Positions 59,432-64,000 of a stretch of DNA of 64,000 nucleotides are shown piece by piece. Within the stretch, counting starts at the first letter, position 1; each line of letters starts with the position of its first letter. The DNA comes from Eledone cirrhosa (Eukaryota). The DNA is taken from contig OZ024754.1 in assembly GCA_964016885.1 (NCBI GenBank), positions 29,450,001-29,514,000 on the forward strand, written 5' to 3'. The position numbers and the translations under genes are program-made. Under the pieces are notes generated by a model. That model was not told the DNA's origin. It made no database searches and saw only the letters and a list, made by a program, of their open reading frames with translations.

Positions 59432-59502
<71 letters not shown>

Positions 59503-59550
59503 CAACATGTTGTAGGACAGAACAAAGGAGAGACACAACATAGCAACCTA

Positions 59551-59593
59551 GTCACTGAGGAGGTCACAGAATGTGTGAGGGAAAATCTTTGAC
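59551..59593 (+). ncRNA. hammerhead motif in a solo PLE pseudo-LTR relative
   Basis: GTCA-CTGAGGA-GGTCACA..TGTGAGG-GAA-AATCT-T-TGAC; flanks resemble the reverse complement of 45310-45510. Confidence 0.65.
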
Positions 59594-59695
59594 AAAATAT
59601 AAACAACCATTCAGTTATCGAACCAACCAACCAACCAACAGAAAATGTATAATAAATTGAAGTAAAAATCAACAGTATAACCCTCCCAAAGTATA

Positions 59696-59788
<93 letters not shown>

Positions 59789-60234
59789 CATAAGTCGCTG
59801 GAATGTTGAATAGAATACATTTTGGTATTCATTCCAGCTCCCTGTGCTCTGAATTCAAATCCTTCTGAGGCCTAAGTTTGACTTTTCTTCCTTCAATCAA
59901 TTTAGTCCTTTCGTATTCAAGAAACAAAATACCGACTCTGTACTAGAGACAACACTTCCCTTTCGTTGCCTCGTTTTCATACCAACCCGCCTAACAAAAT
60001 GATCCATTTTAAAGATTCCCATTTCAAACCTTTCAATATAATCTAATACAAGAACGGTTTGTTACATTATACTACAAATAGCATCTTAATAATGAAATAA
60101 TAATTTGAGTTAATCCCTACAAGATTTTAATTAATTAATTATTATTGAATGTATTTCATCAGACATATAATCAATAAAATGTTAGGTTCTGATGTCTCAG
60201 GAAGATTTAGTATGAATTACAGTTACAACTCGTT

Positions 60235-60360
60235 TTTCTCAGCTGAGTGGACTGGAGCAACGTGAAATAAAGTGTCTTGCTCAAGGACATAACGCGCAGC
60301 CGAGAATCGAATTTATAATCTTACTATCATGAGCTGAATGCCCTAACCTCTAGTCCCCGT
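60235..60360 (-). mobile_element. second tRNA-SINE family (OR-like)
   Basis: cagctgagtggactggagcaacgtgaaataaagtgtcttgctcaagg, followed by a reversed tRNA head. Confidence 0.7.
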
Positions 60361-60736
60361 GTCTTTACACACACATACACTCATGTATATATATATTCAC
60401 TCTGTAGTAGAGAGTCTTCAATTAATAAATGATTATTGTATCTACGGAAAATGTATTCCAAGGAAATAAATTACAAATTATTGACTAAATGCCAACAGGA
60501 ATAACTCTGAAATTTAATGTTTAATATAATCATAAGTTTGAAGAAGTAGATGGGAGCGACAATAATTCAAAAGTGAGGGCATTTCATATCTTAGAATTTA
60601 CATCACTCTTCAATAACCTGGTGGATATTTATCCCGAATATTACATGTAAAACTGTCATTTTCAATTACGCCTATACTTCAAATCCTTCTCACCACAGTG
60701 CTTATACTAAGGCTATTCTATTAAATTATTTATCTA

Positions 60737-60924
60737 CGAGGGTCAGCTGAAAAGTTCATAGACCGGCCAGAATGCTCTCATAGAGGTTTATTTTTCAACA
60801 TTTTCCCTGGAAAGACACAAAGAAGTTATTAATAAAAAAAGATTTGAAATTAATAAATGCCATATTTCACAGATCTAGCATCACTCCTTCATAGTAGCCC
60901 TATGAACTTTTCAACCGACCCTCG
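60737..60924. mobile_element. mariner-type MITE with TA target-site duplication
   Basis: TA-CGAGGGTCAGCTGAAAAGTTCATAG ... CTATGAACTTTTCAACCGACCCTCG-TA. Confidence 0.85.
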
Positions 60925-61604
60925 TAAACTGGCCTCTCTAATTCTTCAGCGACAAAACTATTTAAATCGAAGCGTTTCAAGGCATTTATTAAAGATTTTG
61001 TTTTTCATAAAATGTTTTTCTATTTGTTGATTAAAATACCTGTTCAAGTATGCAAATCTCATTTTCTGCACTGCTTCAGTAAATATATCAAAGAAAATAG
61101 TTTTGGAAAATTTTATTTTATTTCCAAAGAGCTTATTAAGTTTAATTAGAATCAATTGTAATTATAACGCGTAAGTTGTGACCTGTCACCCATGATATTG
61201 AATAACTATTTTTCTGTGTATTTTTTACTTTTTCATAATTTATAACAAACTTCTCTACATAAGATAATCCCACTGTAATCTTCAAGCATATAACAATTGC
61301 TAGAGAGGAAATAATATTTTCTAGTGTGAAAACATGAAATATTTCCTGAAGATTTTAGTTAATTTCAGATGTTTGTTTTGCATGGTAGCATCCATTAATG
61401 TTGATTACAGGTCGCTTGAAGTTGGAACCCCGTTAATTAAGGTGGGTGGCTCTTGCAGCGGGCGTCTGTCTCCATTCTTCACGGTTATGCTTTTGCCGTT
61501 CTGTTCGCAGGGCACGGATGGGGGACAGCTCTAACTGGGGTGTTGCGAGTGGTGTCCTTCCCCATCCCATTCTTGCGTCACTTGATCTTTCATTTTTTAT
61601 CATT

Positions 61605-61730
61605 TTCTTCTTCTTCTTCTTCTTCTTCTTCTTCTTCTTCTTCTTCTTCTTCTTCTTCTTCTTCTTCTTCTTCTTCTTCTTCTTCTTCTTCTTCTTCTTC
61701 TTCTTCTTCTTCTTCTTCTTCTTCTTCTTC
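61605..61730. repeat. (TTC)n microsatellite
   Basis: Read directly from the sequence. Confidence 0.95.
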
Positions 61731-62039
61731 CTTTTCTGTCTCCTTTAGTAGTGTTTTCTATTTATTAAATACTGCTCAATTATTTTTATATAAGGTCAAT
61801 GGCCTTACATGACCTTGTGAGATCTTTTATATTGAATAAATCATATAACATGTCTCTGATGCATTTGAAGCTATAATATCACTATTTATCAAAGGTCAGA
61901 CATTGCGAAGGTATTAACGGGTATGTTACGGGAATTATAAGATTAATCCTCTACCGCATCAAGCAGACGATAACCGTCTGTCTCTGTTGCATTAAATATA
62001 TCAGATATACAATTGTGTATACATGAGGAATTGTAGCAT

Positions 62040-62175
62040 GATAGCTGTCGAAACGGCTTGAGCTCTGTCGTCGGGGTTCTGACTCTTTTCCTATTACCCA
62101 CTCTACTACCCAAAGTATCGAGTACTCTGGTGCGTTATGGTCCACCTCGTTCCTTACCACACTTCCTTCGTTATA
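62040..62175 (-). mobile_element. single-arm copy of the 7630/22243 family
   Basis: gtcgaaacggcttgagctc...ccttaccacacttccttcgtta(TA)n. Confidence 0.8.
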
Positions 62176-63179
62176 TATATAAATGCGTATAAATATTGAA
62201 GCCATGTCATCAACTGTACTTTATAGAAAATTGATCACACTAGATTCAATCTCACGGTCAATATAATTATTGGTATTAAGCTGATTATCTGTTGTATGTC
62301 ATATTTATCTTCCTTGCATTGCATGTTTAGTTGTCATATTTCAAAACCTTGGTGATTAAATGTTGTTTCTGAAATAATTTTGTTAAATGTACACTGTTAT
62401 AATTTAGTAGTTCTGTCAATGAAATCATTTCATATTAATCGATCTCACACAACTGTAGATCTTCAGAAGATATAGGGCAATATATCATATCTTGTGTTGG
62501 CCATCATTCAAAATTCGTTTCCCGTGTCCATCAAATTTATGGTTGGTTTTGTTTTGTAGACGTTTATATAGGGAGAATACTTTCCAAGTAATGATAACCC
62601 ATATTTAATTATAGTTGGGTGATTTTATAATTCATTTTCTAAACGTAGATCGCTGATATGATCAAATTAGTTTAAGCAGAGTGAAAACTCTGTAAAATGT
62701 AAGCTGGTAAATTGCTCGTCAATTACAATATCAGGGAACTATTATAATATTCTAACAGAACATACACTTAGATAGGGAGATGCAAAATAGGGATAATTTC
62801 TATACAGCCATTGTAGGGTAGTACCATAAAGCCTGTGTATTTGTGTAATCATTTTTCCACCATATTTGCGGATATACAGAAAGAGATAATGTCTTTTCCG
62901 ACCACAATGCAACAGCAGAGCAGCATCATGGAGGATATATCCATCCACTGTGCCCGAGAATTAATTACGTACTTAAGGAATCGTGTAAAATAAAACATAG
63001 AATGGAATGCAATCTGTTCATGTATGTTCTAAGAATATTAGAGATGAATGTGAAAGATGATTACAACTGGCAAGTGGATTCTTACTGAACAGTTGACATG
63101 TTCTAGAAGAGTTTACTCGGTCAATCTCGGACCAGATGCAACCCGAAACCAATGATTCAGCTGTGACATTCGTATGAAA

Positions 63180-63760
63180 CGTGAATGTGAAGAAGTAGGG
63201 TGGATCCAGAACTTGCTTGGACTATAAGAGGTTTGGACAATATCGTCTGATCTCCCAGATTTGTGTAAGAATTATTCGGAGTTCATCTGCAAGAAAAGAC
63301 AATTGCTGCTGTCCTGTGGTCAGAAGCAGGCATCATAGTCTACGGAGTTTAGCTGACAGTCCATATGAGAGTTGTGTAGATGAACAGCATGAGTGTAAGA
63401 TGAATAAGTATGAAGACATTACCAAGGAGGGGGGTATCAATGCTTAATAAAGACAGTGGAAGTTGGTGTATGTGGATTTGTCACAACTCCGACGTGTGAC
63501 CCTCTAGGTTAGCTTGAAATCAAAGATTAGAGAAGAACAGCATCAATCAAACACTTGTAAGAGAAGGCTGAGAAAAAGCTCAATGTAGTTTTGGTGAAGG
63601 AGGAATGGTAACTGGAGTTAAGATAAGATACATCAGGCCACACACGTTGTTTACTGTTTAAGCGGATATGAAGTGTTAATTCTACCAATGGTCATCGTGG
63701 CCGTGTGGTGTAAACCAGAAGTATGGACAAGAAGATCATCAGAAGGTCCCGGGTTCATAA
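63180..63760 (+). pseudogene. possible highly degraded RTE-like RT remnant
   Basis: Scattered RT-like peptides (VRIIRS, YESCV, VYVDL, KIREEQ) in a GC-richer block. Confidence 0.3.
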
Positions 63761-64000
63761 ACCGCTGGAGAAGAAAAACAGCAGGAGGACACATAGGATT
63801 CATGATCTGGGTGGGTCCGGCTCCCTTAAAATGTCAGGAGTAATCAAAGTCTGAATTACTTGCTTTGTGGGAAGTCTTCCTCTGAATATCCTCCTATCGT
63901 GCATTTGCCATGTCACGAGTTGCCGCCCAATATGTAGACCGTTCTTCTGAAGATGTTTTTCATATATATTTAATTCTCTCTCTCCCTATATATATATATA

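Overview
AT-rich, microsatellite-dense eukaryotic DNA. The tRNA-derived SINEs resemble octopus families from memory, so the source is probably an octopod cephalopod (inference). No intact gene is visible, and most ORFs in the track are translated (TA)n/(CA)n/(TTC)n repeats. Identifiable content: about 27 copies of one young SINE; fragments of CRE, R4/Dong, CR1 and RTE LINEs; Tc1/mariner MITEs; a Penelope-like (PLE) GIY-YIG fragment; and a SINE-bounded 7.6 kb higher-order tandem array. The main finding is that many short non-coding segments in or next to (TA)n tracts are foldback (inverted-repeat) or tandem elements carrying minimal type I hammerhead ribozyme motifs. I count about 20 by eye, in more than 10 families. 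They include U3-A8 core variants and forms with very long stem II, and one lies directly downstream of the PLE endonuclease ORF. This points to a diverse community of (TA)n-associated PLE/retrozyme-like elements. All motifs were folded by eye and none has been tested for activity.
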